A stretch of 64,000 nucleotides of DNA from Utricularia gibba (Eukaryota > Plantae > Magnoliophyta), in the NCBI GenBank assembly GCA_002189035.1, contig NEEC01000015.1:1426001-1490000 (forward strand), in the 5' to 3' direction. Shown one piece after another: positions 1-14,672 of this stretch (the stretch's first letter is position 1; every line of letters starts with the position of its first letter). Both the position numbers and the translations under genes were made by a program. The notes under the pieces are model-generated. The model saw only the letters and a list, made by a program, of their open reading frames with translations, searched no databases and was not told the DNA's origin.

Positions 1-381
1 AAAAATTGAATAATTTATAAGAATATTATGAAAAATAAAAATAATTTTTAAAAATTTTAAAACAATAAATGATAGAAATAGAATAAAGAGAAACAAATCA
101 AAAAATTCATTTTAAATTTATAACTGACTTTGAAAAACATTTCCATAATGTCTGGATTAATAGAAAAAAAAGAGTTTTTCAATTCCTGGACTTTATGCAG
201 CATTCTACAATAGAAAGCTCTCAAAATAATTCATATTTTACCATTTTTATCCAAGTTACAAAATACTATTTTCTTTTCAAGTTTGGTCATTAGAAAGGAA
301 AAGCAAAGCAAAAAAAAGGGGGACTCTTCTTGGTAGTGGATCAGTTTCTACTGCACTATGTACAGCGTTAAGGCATTAGCA

Positions 382-411
382 TTCTTCTTCTTCTTCTTCT
401 TTTTTTTTTTT
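382..411. repeat. (TTC)6 microsatellite followed by T12, in the SRT1 3' UTR region
   Basis: Read directly: ttc x6 at 382-399, then a T run at 400-411. Confidence 0.9.
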
Positions 412-475
412 ACCTGTTGTTACCTTTTATGCCTGGTGTGCTGCTTCCTGGCTTTCCTTCTCTTCCATGACACTG

Positions 476-3400
476 CTACATCGAGCATGTTTTCACTAGC
501 GCTGCTCCGCTTGATGGTGCCATTGCTGGGGGAGAGGCTTTGTGTTCATCAGATGAACCTCCTCCATATTCAACAACATTTGTCACAACTGCGTGAATGA
601 AAGCATCACTTTTTGGAACCAAAACACATCTTCTTTCGAGGAGCGCTGTCTGCCCAACAGACAGATCCTTGAGTGCCTGGTCTTTAAGCATCTGAACAAG
701 GGAGTCTTTGTCTTCCTTGACATGTTCTGCTGACATCTGAAGAGAGATTAGTAGGTAACCAGGATATAGTCTGAATCCTCTATACTTGTTTCTTAAAGGC
801 GAGCTTAAAAAGCAACTGAATTTATTGAGCATCTCAACACATGGTGTAGTGGAAATTATGACTCTCATATGCATATAGTCTGAATCCCTTTGCTTATAGA
901 CGTCTCATTAACCCCCATAAAGCACAGGAATAAGCCTTGCGAAAGTGTGGCAATGTTTCGTTTCAAACAAAATAAAGCAGCCATTCTTTTGGAAATATTT
1001 CAGAAAAAGATTGAGAATACTACCTCAAAATCTACCGGAATCTTTAGTTCCAGGTATGCACATTTGCAGCCAGGACTGAGATTAAGTTTGAGATAAATTT
1101 CAAAAGGTTTCGTGCTTCTTGAGGACCTCCTGAACATGGAAGCAGTGAACTTCTTGAAAAAAAATACCCATTTGTAAACGCATGGAAAGCTAGCAGAAGG
1201 AATTAAGAATCAACATATTGACTAAAAAAACTGAAAAATTACCGTTTCAGTTGAAATGGCTGGTCATTTAGAAATGCAGACTTCATGTTCAGGCTTTCTG
1301 GAAAGGAAACCTATGAGAAGCATGAGGGAATATTCTAAGAAAGGGAACCCCAGGCGAAGCTTTGTTTTGTAATATCATATATTCACCTCAGCGGAGTTGA
1401 TGAAAGGCAATGGTGCTTGCTTTCCATGCACACTAGCTATAATGAGGGTCCAGTTTACATAGCTTTTATCTGGGTGGTAAGCAAAATAACTATTAAAAAA
1501 CAAAGAGCTATTTCCAGGTTGTAAAAGAAGGGTGTTGACGTTGGCACACTCAAAATTTCAGAGATATTACCTAGACTTGCAGCCTGAGTTACAATAATCT
1601 GGAAAAAGTCAATCCTAACAAAAGGAGGTATACGCATATTTAGTAGGTTCATGACACCCATAATCACCTGCAAAGGCCAATCAAGAACCATTGACTAAAT
1701 AAAGTTAAGTTTACATTGCAGATAATGGCATGACAACAAAAAGCAGAGAGTCATAATTGAACAATAAAGAAGTAAAGGATTTTTATCAAAAGGACATAGA
1801 CCTTCAATGATACATGCTGCCGTTTCAAACCAAACAGAGAGAAGTTATGCATACAAGATAGCATACTGAAAAAAAGGCCGCACACTGAGAAAAATGAAAA
1901 AATCTGTTTTTTTTTCTTTTGTAAAAAAACATTAAGGACACCTTGTCTGCACGTCCATGTATAACCAGACTTGCTTTCTTGTCCTTCGGAGTTTTCTGCC
2001 GAAAGGGAAAAAGTGATAAGTGGAATGGTAAGTATCACCGAAATAAGTATATTTTATTTGGAGCAAGGGGATTATGATTACCTGAAGATTCACAATCACA
2101 ATCTTCCCGCCACCTCTCAGGCATTTCAGAGGTAAATTGCATGCAGGGGTGATCTGTAAACTGCATAAATAACCCACAATAGTGATGAGTCCCTCCATGA
2201 TATTAAATAAGCAAACAATCTGATTACTCCATGCATTTTTTATACCTATGCTTCTGAATTACCTTGTTCCAAGGCATAGTACAACATCAGCCATTTTACA
2301 ATGCTTTTCAGCAGGATCCATCTCCTTCTCGGGGAGGGCATCCTTAGATGCCCACAATGAAAGCATCAGGATATGATACAATTATTCAAAGAAAGTCATG
2401 TGATCCATGTCAATCACAAGTAATCATGACATTCACAAAATTCATGGATTACACACCGATTAAAATTTACCAAACACAACTGTTATCTCTTTATTTGCAC
2501 TAACCCCAATTCGCCATTAACATTCACTCTGAAGTGGCAGTAATAGGCAAATAACATTTTGTGGGCTCATGGTGAGTACGGTTTTCAGTTACATTTATTG
2601 AAATGCATGCATTCATATATCCGAATATTACAATGTGAGAAGTTTATAGAAAGTTCAGTGAAAGAATTTGTTACAAAACAACACCTATTTATCCTGGTTG
2701 ACTGTAATGTTTGCTCCTCTTCATGTGAATGAAAAAAAAAAAACTAAGCCTAATCAGCATAAACATGATGTCAAAGAATATCTATAAAGAGAAAAATTCT
2801 ACGGATGAGAGGCATATACCTCCCAATCAAGAACGGTGTCCCTCAATTTCGCACCACAAGAAGCATCAGAACAACGTCGAGTGGTCTCCTTCAAACCAAT
2901 CGTCTCAATCTCAAAGTCCCTAAAATACCTAAAAGTAGAATGTATATTAAAACGCAAATAAGTAAACCATACCAAGTGTATATGAGAAGAAAATAAAGCA
3001 AAGTCTTACTCGGTTCCACAAGATGGGCATAGTTCCATGAAGGAGTTTCCATGCAATTCAGAAAGTTTTCCTCTTGACATTCCAGAACGAAGATGGAGCC
3101 CATCAACATTCTGGCATGTTCAGAGAAATGTCCAGAAACTGACACATTAAGTCATCCAAATGTCCAATCAAGCAAGCCAATATAACTTCAGGGGATAAAT
3201 CATGCATTTTTTGAAGCAGCTAATCCGAATATCCAGAGCATCAATCAAGTAATGATATAAAACCCGAAAAAAACTATTATGATAAGCAAGCAATTACCTG
3301 GCTGATTAAAAACTTCAGGATGCCTGCATTCTCAAGTTCAACCAAAGCCATATGTGTTGCACTTGGGGTTGCCCGATGGAAAGGTAATGATGCTTCTGGT

Positions 3401-4310
3401 AAAGCTTTTCCTTGACGCTGTAGTCACGAGTAGAAAAAAACAATGAAACCAACCTTCTGACAAGTTGAAAGCACAAATATAACGTATATAAGAAAATGAG
3501 ACGAGATAACAAAAAAGAAGAAGAAAGACTAAAATATTCATGGAAAGACCAGTCCTCTGAGTTTTGTTCATTACTTGCCTGTAGCGTCCAGATTCCTTTA
3601 GGGCCTCTGAAATCAGGAATGCCACATGAAGTCGAAATTCCAGCTCCAGTAAATACCACAAGGTGCTTGCTCTGTGACACCAAACAATGACCAAAGGAAT
3701 TCGCTTTTAATGCACAAGTATACATTATGAAATGCCCTACCTTTTGTATCATCCTGGAAAGACACTCGATCTGCAAGATAAGGCATGATTCATTTTTGTG
3801 AGAAGTTCACATACAGAACAATGATTCATGAAGAAAACGCTCAAGTCCAATTTTCTCAACACAATATTACAACATGTTAATCATTAAAAAACGAGCAAAA
3901 CTTTTTGATCCCCGAGACAAAAAAAGGCTATTCTGCTGCTGTCACTGTAGAGCAGATAATACACTACACGAACATTCATTTTTTAGAAATCAGATCCCTT
4001 CACTAAATGCAATGAAAAGTTCCGAATGGCATGGAAAAATCCCTAGAACACTGCGAATATCAAAACACTTGACCAATCTAAAATGCAGAGTCCAGAAAAT
4101 GGTCAAGAAAACAGAACTGATCACCGCAGCACCAAGTAAAATCCCAAACAAGCTATCAAAAAACAAGGTGCCATAAAAAACATTAAACCCATTTGAACGA
4201 AAAATCTTTACTTTCTCCTGCAAAACAAGAGGCGGGTCAAAGAACTCCTCCATTCCAACGTTGCCCACGTCTTCGATGAAGGAGAGTTTTTGAGCATAAC
4301 CCAGAGACAT
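476..4310 (-). CDS. SRT1: NAD-dependent deacetylase sirtuin (SIR2 family, SIRT6/7-like), 14 exons
   Basis: Starts [20 protein letters not shown]. Has sirtuin motifs [44 protein letters not shown] and [14 protein letters not shown]. All 14 exons join in frame; intron 3 has a GC donor. Confidence 0.95.
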
Positions 4311-5196
4311 GCCGAAGATTTTAGGGGTCCACTTTGACGGGGTTTCTTCAAATTATATACTCTCGGAAAGTTGATCGAATGGGAATGCAGAGAGGGGGAA
4401 GCTTTGGGCAGGCCAAGGACCCCCGTTATCGCTGGCTACTGGGAGTAAAAAAATAGTTCTTTGGAGTGTCTTCCAACAGGGGTTCAAACAATTCAATCTG
4501 AATCCTTTTTTTTTTTCTGGATCCTTTTATTACAAGTTCTACCTTTCACTCTTACCAATTTTTTCTTCTTTATTAATGAAAAAAATTAATTTTCAGGAAA
4601 ATAAAAAAATATTTTTTCATATTATAAACATAATTCATGCCTTAGGATATTCTTGTTGTTGTATTTCATATTAATTAATTATAAAAATAATTAGAGAAAA
4701 AATAATGAGCCCAGTCAGGGTTGGTTGGTGAGACAACAAGACTATGGATAAAATTTCATTTATTGAAAATTGGATTCTTGTTGATAAAATATTACAATTT
4801 ACTTACAAAAAATTAATATTAAAAATGATTAATTTATATATATACCTACATGTGGAATTGTCATCACAGCAGAACTGAGAGAGGTATGGCACCATTTCCA
4901 CAACCAGAAGAACTCATCACATTGGAACAAAAAGATGTACAACTTTCTACAAAATGGTGTAAAAGTTAACTGTAGGCATGAAATACAATGTGAGGTGAAC
5001 TAGCGCACTATACATCATTCACACATAATTCCTTACAGACTATAGATTCTGTGAGAAAAAAAAAATGCAGAGGAAGAATTGGGGAGCTCAGTACCTTTGG
5101 TCATCCCTGAGCTGGGGAACACAGAGCGTGGGGAGCCACTGCATCTGTAATTCACCTTAGTGACAAATTTTGCCTGTTGTATTGTTTCTCTTGTAT

Positions 5197-8100
5197 CTAA
5201 TCCACAGTGATCTCCAGCAAAGTGGTGAGCCTTGGTTTTCGATATCGCCTGAGAAGTAACGATGAGCAGACGACGGTAACAGATGAGAGAGCCATGCACG
5301 CGCCGGCGATCCACGGTGGAATCCTGATTTTCAGCCATGGAAAGAAGATGCCCGCTGCAAGTGGTATAGCAATGACGTTGTACCCACAAGCAAAGACATA
5401 ATTTAGTCGAATCCGGGCGAATGTTTTTCTTGAAAGATCGATGGCAGTGATGACATCTTCCAAGCTGCTTCGCATTAGCACATAGTCAGCAGCTTCTATT
5501 GCAATGTCAGTCCCTGCTCCGATTGCCATGCCTACATCAGCAGCAGCCAGGGCTGGAGAATCATTGATGCCATCCCCAACCATTGCGACCACATTTCCAC
5601 CTTTCTGAAGTGAACTAATGACCTCAGCCTTTCCAGCAGGCATCACTTCGGCTTGAACATCTGAGATGCCAACCTGCATTGCAACATCAATAAAAAGGGA
5701 TGTCTTCATCGCACAGTAGAAACAAAAAATTATATTCACATGGGTACAGAGATGAAAAGAAGCTGAAGTGTCAACCTGCTTTGCAACAGCCTGAGCTGTT
5801 CTCCAATTGTCTCCGGTGACCATAACAGGAATGACGCCCATTTTGATAAGGGCCTCTATAACAACTGCAGCCTCTCTCTTCAATGGATCGGCCACACCAA
5901 GAACACCTATTAATTCGTTAGCACAAGCCACAAGTATTCCAGTGTTGGCACTTTCTTCCAACTCCCTCACAAAATTTTCCACGTGGTCTGGGATAACAAC
6001 TGAGTTATCAAACATTAGCTTCCGGTTGCCAACCTGCAACATGAGCCGAACTGAATGATGATAAAAAATCCCTTTACAGAGTTCCATAGCCATTTCTTAC
6101 AACCATAAAAAAATGTATCACAATTTACTTGGGAAAAGGGCTTACCAGGATCTTTTTACCATCCACAATGCATTGAATGCCTTCTCCAGGCACAGCAAGA
6201 AAGCCTGATACGTCGTGAAGCCAACTAGAAGAATTTTTGGACATGGATTCGTCAAAAAAATGGAAATGGCGCGCATGTTCAAGTATTGCTTTTGCTAATG
6301 GGTGCTCACTACCAGCCTGTGGAAAGAGAACATACTCCAAATCAACATGAAACACAAGAAGCTAATTTTGACTGTTTGTTGCGTATTCGATGATGAGCAA
6401 AAAAGGTGGACACCTATTTTACCTCAGCTGAAGCAACTAGCTTGAGGAATTCACCACGATCCATGCCTGAAAAACATTTTGCAGTGGTCACAGTTGGTTT
6501 TCCCTGGGTCAGGGTACCGGTCTTATCAAACACAACATATTGGATCTTCTCTGCCCTTTCCAGGGCATCTCCACCTTTTATCAGCACACCATTGTTAGCT
6601 CCCACCCCAGTTGCAACCATAACAGCTGTTGGAGTAGCCAGTCCAAGTGCACACGGGCATGCAACCACAACAACTGCTATGGCAAACATAAGTGAGAAAA
6701 CAAAATAATTGCTATTTTCTTGAAGCCACTCCTTAGGGTAGCCTCCAAAAAGCCCAGCAAAATACCTGCAAGCCGATCCAACTATCAGTGTTTTGCCTTA
6801 TTAAAAAAAAAAAACCTGCGTATATTGTTAATTTAATATGAAAATAGGCATGACATTGCTACTTACCATCCAAGAAATGTCAAAAACCCCAAAGTTACAA
6901 CTGAAGGAACAAAGATGCTTGCAACCTGTCAGAGAATTTAGTAAGCAAGCAAAATTTTAAGAATAACATGAAAATTTATATACGGAAAACAAGAACTCAC
7001 AAAGTCAGCAAACTTCTGTATGGGAGCTTTAGACATCTGAGCTGCCTCAACCAGAGATATGATCTGGCTCAAGACTGTGCTAGAGCCTACGTGACTAGCT
7101 TTTATGTGGAGTAGACCATGCAAATTTATGGTGCCTCCAGTGACATCAGAATTCATTTCCTTGAGAACAGGAGCAGATTCACCAGTTATCATACTTTCAT
7201 TCACATAGCTTGAACCCCACACAACTACTCCATCAGCTGGAACTTTACTTCCTGGAATAACTTTCAATATGTCACCAGGTTGAATCAACAAAGCATCGAT
7301 TTCTCTTTCACCAATAGCCTTACCACCTGCATCATTAAGGCTCATACTGTCAGCAAAAATATATCATTAACTTTGAAATATCAAGTTTCCAAATGCCCAA
7401 ACACAACGTTGGCTCAGCAGTGCAACAGAAGAATGAAACAATCATTAACACTAGTTAACTGGCACCTTTGTCTGTGATGATCAATACGGCAGTGGCTGGA
7501 GCAAGTTCCACAAGTTTTTTAATAGCATCTGATGTTCTTCCCTTTGCAAGGCACTCCAAATATTTTCCAAAAAGTACAAAGGTGATCAGCATTGCACTTG
7601 ATTCAAAATACGACATTAACACAAACCCAGTGACTGAAGAATATAGTAAGGCCCAGACAGAATAAAAGTATGAAGCAGAAGTTCCTATAACAACAAGGAC
7701 ATCCATGTTCGTGGAGCCATTTTTTAGGGCTCTTCCAGCTGCGACATAGAAACGCTTCCCAATAAAAAACTGAATAATAGTTGCCAAGGTCCAATTCAAC
7801 CAATCCCCCATTTGGAATGGCCCACATTGACGAAGGATCACAGAATACAAAAGAGGTATGTGTGGACATACGAACTGCGTGAAAAGAACTGGAACCTGAA
7901 ACATTGCAAGGGTATTATCAGTTCAAAGTTATAACATACATGCAAAGTTAAACGACTAAAAATATAAACAAGATAGCTCACACAGAGAAATAAGCTGGTT
8001 GTAAACAGCCGCAGCATGTTTGCAGACTCCTCCAAGTCCTTGGAAACCATCCTACTATAGGGATTCTTCACCTGTAGCTTTACCTTCCCATAGCAACTAC

Positions 8101-9237
8101 TTTCTATTTGATCAATCAATATTCTGGAATTAGTAACCTCAGGATCATAGTTAAGTTCTAATTGTTTAGATGCTCGATCAAATGAAAATTTTCGGATTCC
8201 ATTCAAGATGGAAAGTGTAGCCTCTAACATATTAACATCAGTTTCACTTGCAATTCCACTGACTCCAAGAACAAGTTTATCCTGCTCATTGCTCTGTATA
8301 AATGATGCTTCAAAACCCGCATCCTCAATTGCATTGACTATGTGATCCTTGGTAATACAATCTGGATCATATTCAACTTCTCCCAAGGAAGTAGGCAATG
8401 AAACTGCAGCCTTTCTCACACCCGGTAGCTTCCTCAAAATATCCTCCACAGAATTTACACAGGCAGCACAGGTCATCCCTCCAATCGTGAACTGCCCAAC
8501 CAGGGTCCGGTGATGAGAGGAACCAGTTTCGGGTAAAATTTCAGCCTCAAATCCAGAATCCTCAATTGCGGTTTTGATGTCATCATCCTAAAAAGTGGCA
8601 AGTTACAAAAACCAAAACAACTTAATTCCCAACTCTGGTAGGAAAAGAATGTAGGCAAGTCAGTAAAATGAGATTGCAGGACGCTATGGTCATCAAATAG
8701 AAAAATGATGATATTTGTACATAACTCCTTTCGGCCATATCTCTGGAGATTCATAACACCCATAGAGTACCAAAACTTCAAACCGACAACGCAGCATCGC
8801 ATTAAATTTCCATTAAATTGAGATTGAGTGCACGCAAACCCTCATCCTCTTTTGTCCTTGAAACCAGCAAAAAACAACTTTTTGCTGGTATTCAGAAGGC
8901 GAACTTGGGCAGTTTTTTTTTTCTTTTTCTTTAATGTGAGATAAAAGACGCGAAAACATACCGTCACTAAAGCAGGGTTAAAGCAAACGTCCGCCTTGTT
9001 CCACAGCAAGGCGACTGATGCTTCGACAACGCCGTCAACAGACCTGAGCGCCGATTCCACAGAATTAGAGCAAGCTGCACACGTCATCCCTGTAACCTTG
9101 ACCTGAATTCTCCTCAAATCAGGCAGCCTTCCTCGATCATCACCTCCGAGCAAACGCTCCTCCTCTTCTCCAACATTGTCAGCTGCCCCTTTCCCGCCGG
9201 CTGCAGTCAACTGCAGGCTTCTCATGCTCGGCGCCAT
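5197..9237 (-). CDS. RAN1: Copper-transporting P1B-type ATPase (RAN1/HMA7 type), 9 exons
   Basis: Starts [11 protein letters not shown]. Has two GMTCAAC metal-binding domains, the TGES actuator motif, CPC in TM6, the DKTGT phosphorylation site, SEHP and GDGINDSP. Ends [10 protein letters not shown]. Exons join in frame. Confidence 0.95.
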
Positions 9238-10841
9238 CGTGCTCGCAAATAAAAAAATCCCTCTTATTATAAATGCGGATGCAGTACCCTCAAATCGGAC
9301 CAAAAAATCAAGAATCCCAAGAATCCAAGAAGCTTCAGGCCTCCAGCGGAGATTGGACAAGGGGATTTATCCACGGAGACCGAAGATCAACGTTCACACC
9401 AAAAAAGTACGCCGAGAACCCCGAAATTACGGATATGCCCTTGTACTGCTCGTACTACAAACGATTAGGTATTCCCCTCGCACAATTCACTGCTTCGTGA
9501 TATATATACCTTCAACGAAAAGCATGGGCCCACGATGATAAAACCCAAAATTTTAAATGTTTATTTACTAAAATTAAAATTTTCAGATACATGGAAAATG
9601 AATTCTATTTTATCAACATTTTCGTAAAATAAATATTCTCGAAACTATTTTCTTAATTTACATTTTATTCCCAATCAAGAGTAGGTGCATTGTAGCTTTC
9701 GCAGCCCACTAATTCTAAAGTAAACGTGAACACAACTCAACGCTGAATGGTTGATCAAATCCTCATACTTTTCCCACACGCGGAAATTCAATTTGACTTT
9801 TTTTTTTAATCTCAACCAACGGGAACAATTTGTGTGGGTCGAACCCAGACCCGAATTCGACCCGTTCAAAATGAACCCAACCTAACATGCTAAAAACGTG
9901 GTTCAACATAATAGGGGTGGACTCCATGACAGGAATGTAATAATGTGTAGGGCCAAAGTGCTTGAAACTTTAGAGACTATTCAAAGAGCAACGCTTATGA
10001 GATTCCCTTCTAGAGGCGGAAGCTATGCGATTCAGGTAGGGTCAAGCCCATAGGCACCCAATAATGATCTTTTTTTTTTTTAATTTCCATTATTCGGAAC
10101 ACATAATGATGTGTATTGATTGGTTTCCAAAGAAGCTTGGGCTTATCATTGTAAAGCAAAATCTAGGGATTTTAGGATCATTTACAAATCTGATCATTAT
10201 CATAGTCTCATTAAGCAACAAATTTATATTTAAAAAAGTTGTTATACATCAGAGAATATATGGAAAAAATGACCATTTTATGTAATAAATATTTTGTGTT
10301 GGTGCATGAGAGAAAAATTGATATTAACTAATTTTCTAAATGATGGTAATTTTTCTAAATATCCCAAGAATGTTAAGAGATATTTAATGTTTAACAATGC
10401 GGATTTATTAAAATAGGATTTAATTCGTTTTTAAAATGTGTTTGGTATATGATTCAAATATTATTTTTATAAAAAATTGAACTATTTTATCCTATTTATA
10501 TTTTTTAAAAATATATATATGGATAACCTTAATTGGCATTTAGGAAATATTAGTTTTATTTGCAATGATAAAATTAAATTTTAGATGAAAAAGAGAAAAA
10601 AAATTAATTATAAATTATAGCTAAAAAATGTAAAATATTTGAAGGTAATTAAATAATTTAAATGTTTTATCGCTTAAAATAAAAATATGATACATTTTAG
10701 TGGGCTATTATTATATTATTATTTTAATTCAATTGAATTATATCTAGATAGTGGGGTCAATGATGGCCCAAGCCCCAAGCACAATCCCGGCCCAGACTGC
10801 CCTGCAATTTTCCTTTAAATAGAACAACGGAGGGATTCGAA

Positions 10842-13634
10842 ATGCTGGAAACGCGCCAAATGATGGAGAAGGATTCGGATTCATGGCGTGTGGAGTTGCT
10901 GAAGCGAATAAGAGATCTCACTCGATCGGTTGTCCGTGATGTATGCGCTGGTAGATTGCCCGCCGTTAAGATCAATCACTTCATTTCGTATTGCTCTCAA
11001 GTGTCCGGAAACTGGTAGCAGTTGATATCTGATTGAAATCTGAATGTTTGGTGAATTTGTTTGAAAATTGGAAGAGGGATTAATAGGAGCCTTTTTTTTG
11101 TAATGTCTTTTAAGCTGTTGCGATTGTGATTTACCCAAAGGGGAGGAAATCCTCATGTTACGCCGAGAAAGTGAAGCTCGTAGACTTGGTGAGTACTGAG
11201 CCTTTGTGATGTTGGTTTTGTGTGTTATACATGTATTGCAGGATCAGTAGAGGCTTATACTATTCGCTCCCGGTGCTTCTTGTTGCTTATTCTGTATATT
11301 GAAAAAGTGGACAAGCAGGTTGAACTACAAGGACAGTTAACTAGTTATGTTAAGTGTATCAAGTTTTCCCCCAGTGATACTTTCCCTTTTCATAATCATT
11401 GGGTTCCGGTTTTAAATCGATAGCCATCATGTCTGGTTTAATCTCCCATCCGATATCCAGAGACGTTCATCAACACTGGTTTAATCTCCCCGATGTAGAT
11501 TCATTATTGAGGGTGCTGCTTATTGTTCAGAGGCTACTCCAAGAAAATAGGCATGCCTCGAAACGAGATATTTATTACATGCATTCTTCGGTTTTCAAAG
11601 GTGACCTTGCCATTTCATTTTTGGTAGAGGCCCTTTGCGTTTTGCGCACAAAATAGGAATCATTTTTCTTCCTTCAAACTGCAGATCAGTGTGTGGTTGA
11701 CCAAGCAATAAATGACTTGTGCATCCTTCTTCATTGTAGTCGTCACTGTTTGAACATAGTATCTTCTGATGGCTACTTTTGTTTTTACATCACTTTTTCA
11801 TTCTAGAAATCTCCATCATGGTTGTTCTTTTGTAGGTATCTGTTGGAAAAGGGTAGGTGAAGTGCAAACGAAGTTGTTTTCACTTAACATTTTGGCTGGA
11901 TTGTCCATCCTCTTGGCAATCAGTTTTCTGCATGATGGATATTCCTTTTCATGTTTTCTAATCAGGATTCAGGCCATGGTTGGGCGCTGAACCTCTTTGC
12001 AACTACGTATTATATTTCCTGGTCATGCGATCTATTGGTGTTGCCAAAATTTATGTTGTTAGACTAGTTCATGAAATAAACTCATTATCGGGATGTCATT
12101 GATGGATTAGATAAAGCTCACAGAAAGTAATGTGTTTGTGCCTAAAAGTTCAACGATTCCCATCATGAGCTTTTTCATATATGGTCTTGTTTTCTATCTT
12201 ATTCACTATTGTACCTCTTTGAAGAGTTCTTTCCATTTGTTTGATGTATTAGTTTCCTTGCTATCCTTCACTCAGTGGCTCATTTATTTGTTATCCTTTT
12301 TTGACAACGACATTCAGACTGGTGATGGGCTGGTTAAGGTTCGCCGAAGCTGGGAGAATACATGATTGCATAAACTCTGTTAACATGGTAAGAAGCACCT
12401 GGAACTGAAAATGACAAACCATTCTTCCAACTAACGCGAGCTGCAAATGCAGGCACATGATATTCCCGTGAATGTAGAAGACATTGAAGGTTGAAACCTT
12501 AGTTTTTTGTATTGATATTCTCAATGTTTAGAACTTACTTTTCTCTTATGGGGCTCTTAAGATTTATTTAGCTTGGCCGAGTACATTCTAGTCGTAGAGA
12601 AAGAATCAGGTACTTGTATTTTGTTTTCTCGACTTGCTCACTTACGATAAAAGGCTTACATTGTTTTCCACTCCATTACCGCAGTATTCCAGAGGTTGGC
12701 CGATGATCAGTTTTGTAGATATAACCGCTGTGTTGTTATAACTGTAGATGTTCTCGTTCTCATATGTTAAATCACGCTTTTGATTTTTGTGTTCAAGACT
12801 TTGAACGGATTATCTTCTCACAGGGTAGAGGATATCCTGACGTTTCAACGAGAAGGTGATGAATATCATTGTGAGTGCATTCATTTACTTAATCAAGAGG
12901 AACTTTCGCCTTTTTTGTTGCAGATTTTTGCACCTCCTAAGCCGGACACTGTGTCTGCCTGTCTATTGTTTGGTCGACTCCGATCCATATGGTATAGATA
13001 TCCTGACTACATTTCGATTTGGCTCCATGGTATGATGATATTTTCAATAATTTGAGAAATAAGCCGGAGATGAATCCATTCCCTGATAGTAAATAGTTGA
13101 ATTCTGGTTTTTCTAGCAAATGGCTTATGATTCCAAATACCTTCGTGTCACTGAGATTCGTTGGCTTGGAGCTTTCCCCTCTGACTCTGCGAAGTACCAA
13201 CTACCGCAGCAGTGCCTCCTTCCTTTGACAGACGGAGGTGTGTTGGATGATATAGCACTAGCCTGGAGTGCATTTTGGCGTTAGAACCGCATTTTTTTTT
13301 TCAAGCTTCAGCAATGGATAGAGCCCTTAAGTCTGAAATGAATGTCAGATAAGCAGAGAGCCAGAGGAATAATGAACCGATGCTACATGGTAAAGCATGC
13401 TCCCTTGTGGAGGTAAGCTAGCGGCTTTTCAGAATTGGATGATTCTTCATCACACCTCACTCACAATCAACCGTTTTCTTGAAATTTTTGTACCAAATTT
13501 ACTGAAGGTCCGAACTCCAGTTGCTTCTGGATACCGGGACCAAATTCGAGATCGAGGCATTGTCAGCATCCTCACTCACCTTCCTGTCCGAGGAATACTT
13601 GCCCTCCAAAATCCGTGAAGGAGTATACATTTAA
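10842..13634 (+). CDS. SPO11-1: Meiotic recombination protein SPO11-1 (topoisomerase VI A-like), 14 exons
   Basis: Exons assembled manually: LLRVLLIVQRLLQENRHASKRDIYY (catalytic Tyr region), ILVVEKESVFQRL, ITGRGYPDVSTRRFL, LVDSDPYGIDI (TOPRIM DxD) and KFEIEAL...YLPSKI. The start could be ATG 10842 or 10860. Confidence 0.93.
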
Positions 13635-14117
13635 TCTACAGCACGCAAAGTTGCGGATAGACACGAGAAAAAGGCAGATTCTTTAATGAGAATCCCCTGA
13701 AATCAACCTTATCTTGGTGCTAAAAGAAGATTCTCCACCACACTTTTGAGTTTTGACATCCGTGGACAGATATCCGAATCTCAAGGTTAGAAACCTTGTT
13801 TTCTAAATATGTTGGCAACCTTGTTTTTAGCCAATGCCTTTAATGAACGTGAGTTTTAAATGCTTGTATTCATTTTTTGAAAACTCAAAGTGGGTGCTAG
13901 GCTGCTAGCTTATACTTCTCTGTGTTTCCCTATTACTTATTTATTCATTGGAGATGTGTAATAAATTTGGGATAATGAAATATACGTCTTAATTTAAAAG
14001 AATGCATGGATTTCTTTTAAAGCATGTGTCTTTTATTCTACTTAATATGTACATGATACACCTATTTTCACTAACATGATAATATACAGAGATGTGGGGC
14101 AGGCACGCTAATCAGAT

Positions 14118-14672
14118 TTACAGTTCCTTCCTCATCCTCCTGATGAAATCTTCAAACTTCCTGTTCAACTCCTCTGTGCTCAGCTCCTCATCTCCCTGAT
14201 CTCCCGTCTCCTCTCCCGACTCCTCAAAATTCCCTTGCTCATGATCATTGCCTGAAACCCATAAACCCCTTGGGTCCCTTGAGCATCCATCATCAGATGG
14301 TCATCATCCTTTTCCTCGTCCCTGATGAATATGGAAACCTGGTTGTTTCCTTGGTTCGACTCCGAATACCCCCGGCTCCCTCTAGCAGAATAAGCGGCTC
14401 CAACCTGTCAAGAAGGCAGGAGGCGTTGATGTCATTCTGAGGACCATCCTGCGGGAGAATAAAGCCTGAAGTTTTGGTGAGGAGGACCAAGAGGCCGTTG
14501 CAAATGAGAAAGAGACAGTTCTTGTTGAGGGAAAAGTATGGGAAGAAGGTGAAGGGGGTTTGTAGAGGGATGAGAAGGAGTAGGCGAAGGAGCAGAGGGA
14601 GATGGAGAGCAGCAGTTGAGGGATGAGCCTCTTGCACACTTGGGATGATGGACTTCTGTTCTGTGCCTCCAT
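14118..14672 (-). pseudogene. Single-exon plant membrane protein with C-terminal DUF761-like helix, interrupted by three -1 frameshifts (pseudogene or assembly error)
   Basis: The N-terminus MEAQNRSPSSQVCKRLIPQLLLSISLCSF, the middle NKNCLFLICNGLLVLL, the acidic IRDEEKDDD and the C-terminus EELNRKFEDFIRRMRKEL* require three successive frame changes. Confidence 0.6.

Noticed and set aside
9830-10085. gacccg/gaaccc-type repeats and tagaggcggaagct… followed by a T run, resembling TE subterminal sequence or a SINE
   Set aside because: No matching second terminus, TSD, or A/B boxes could be identified.
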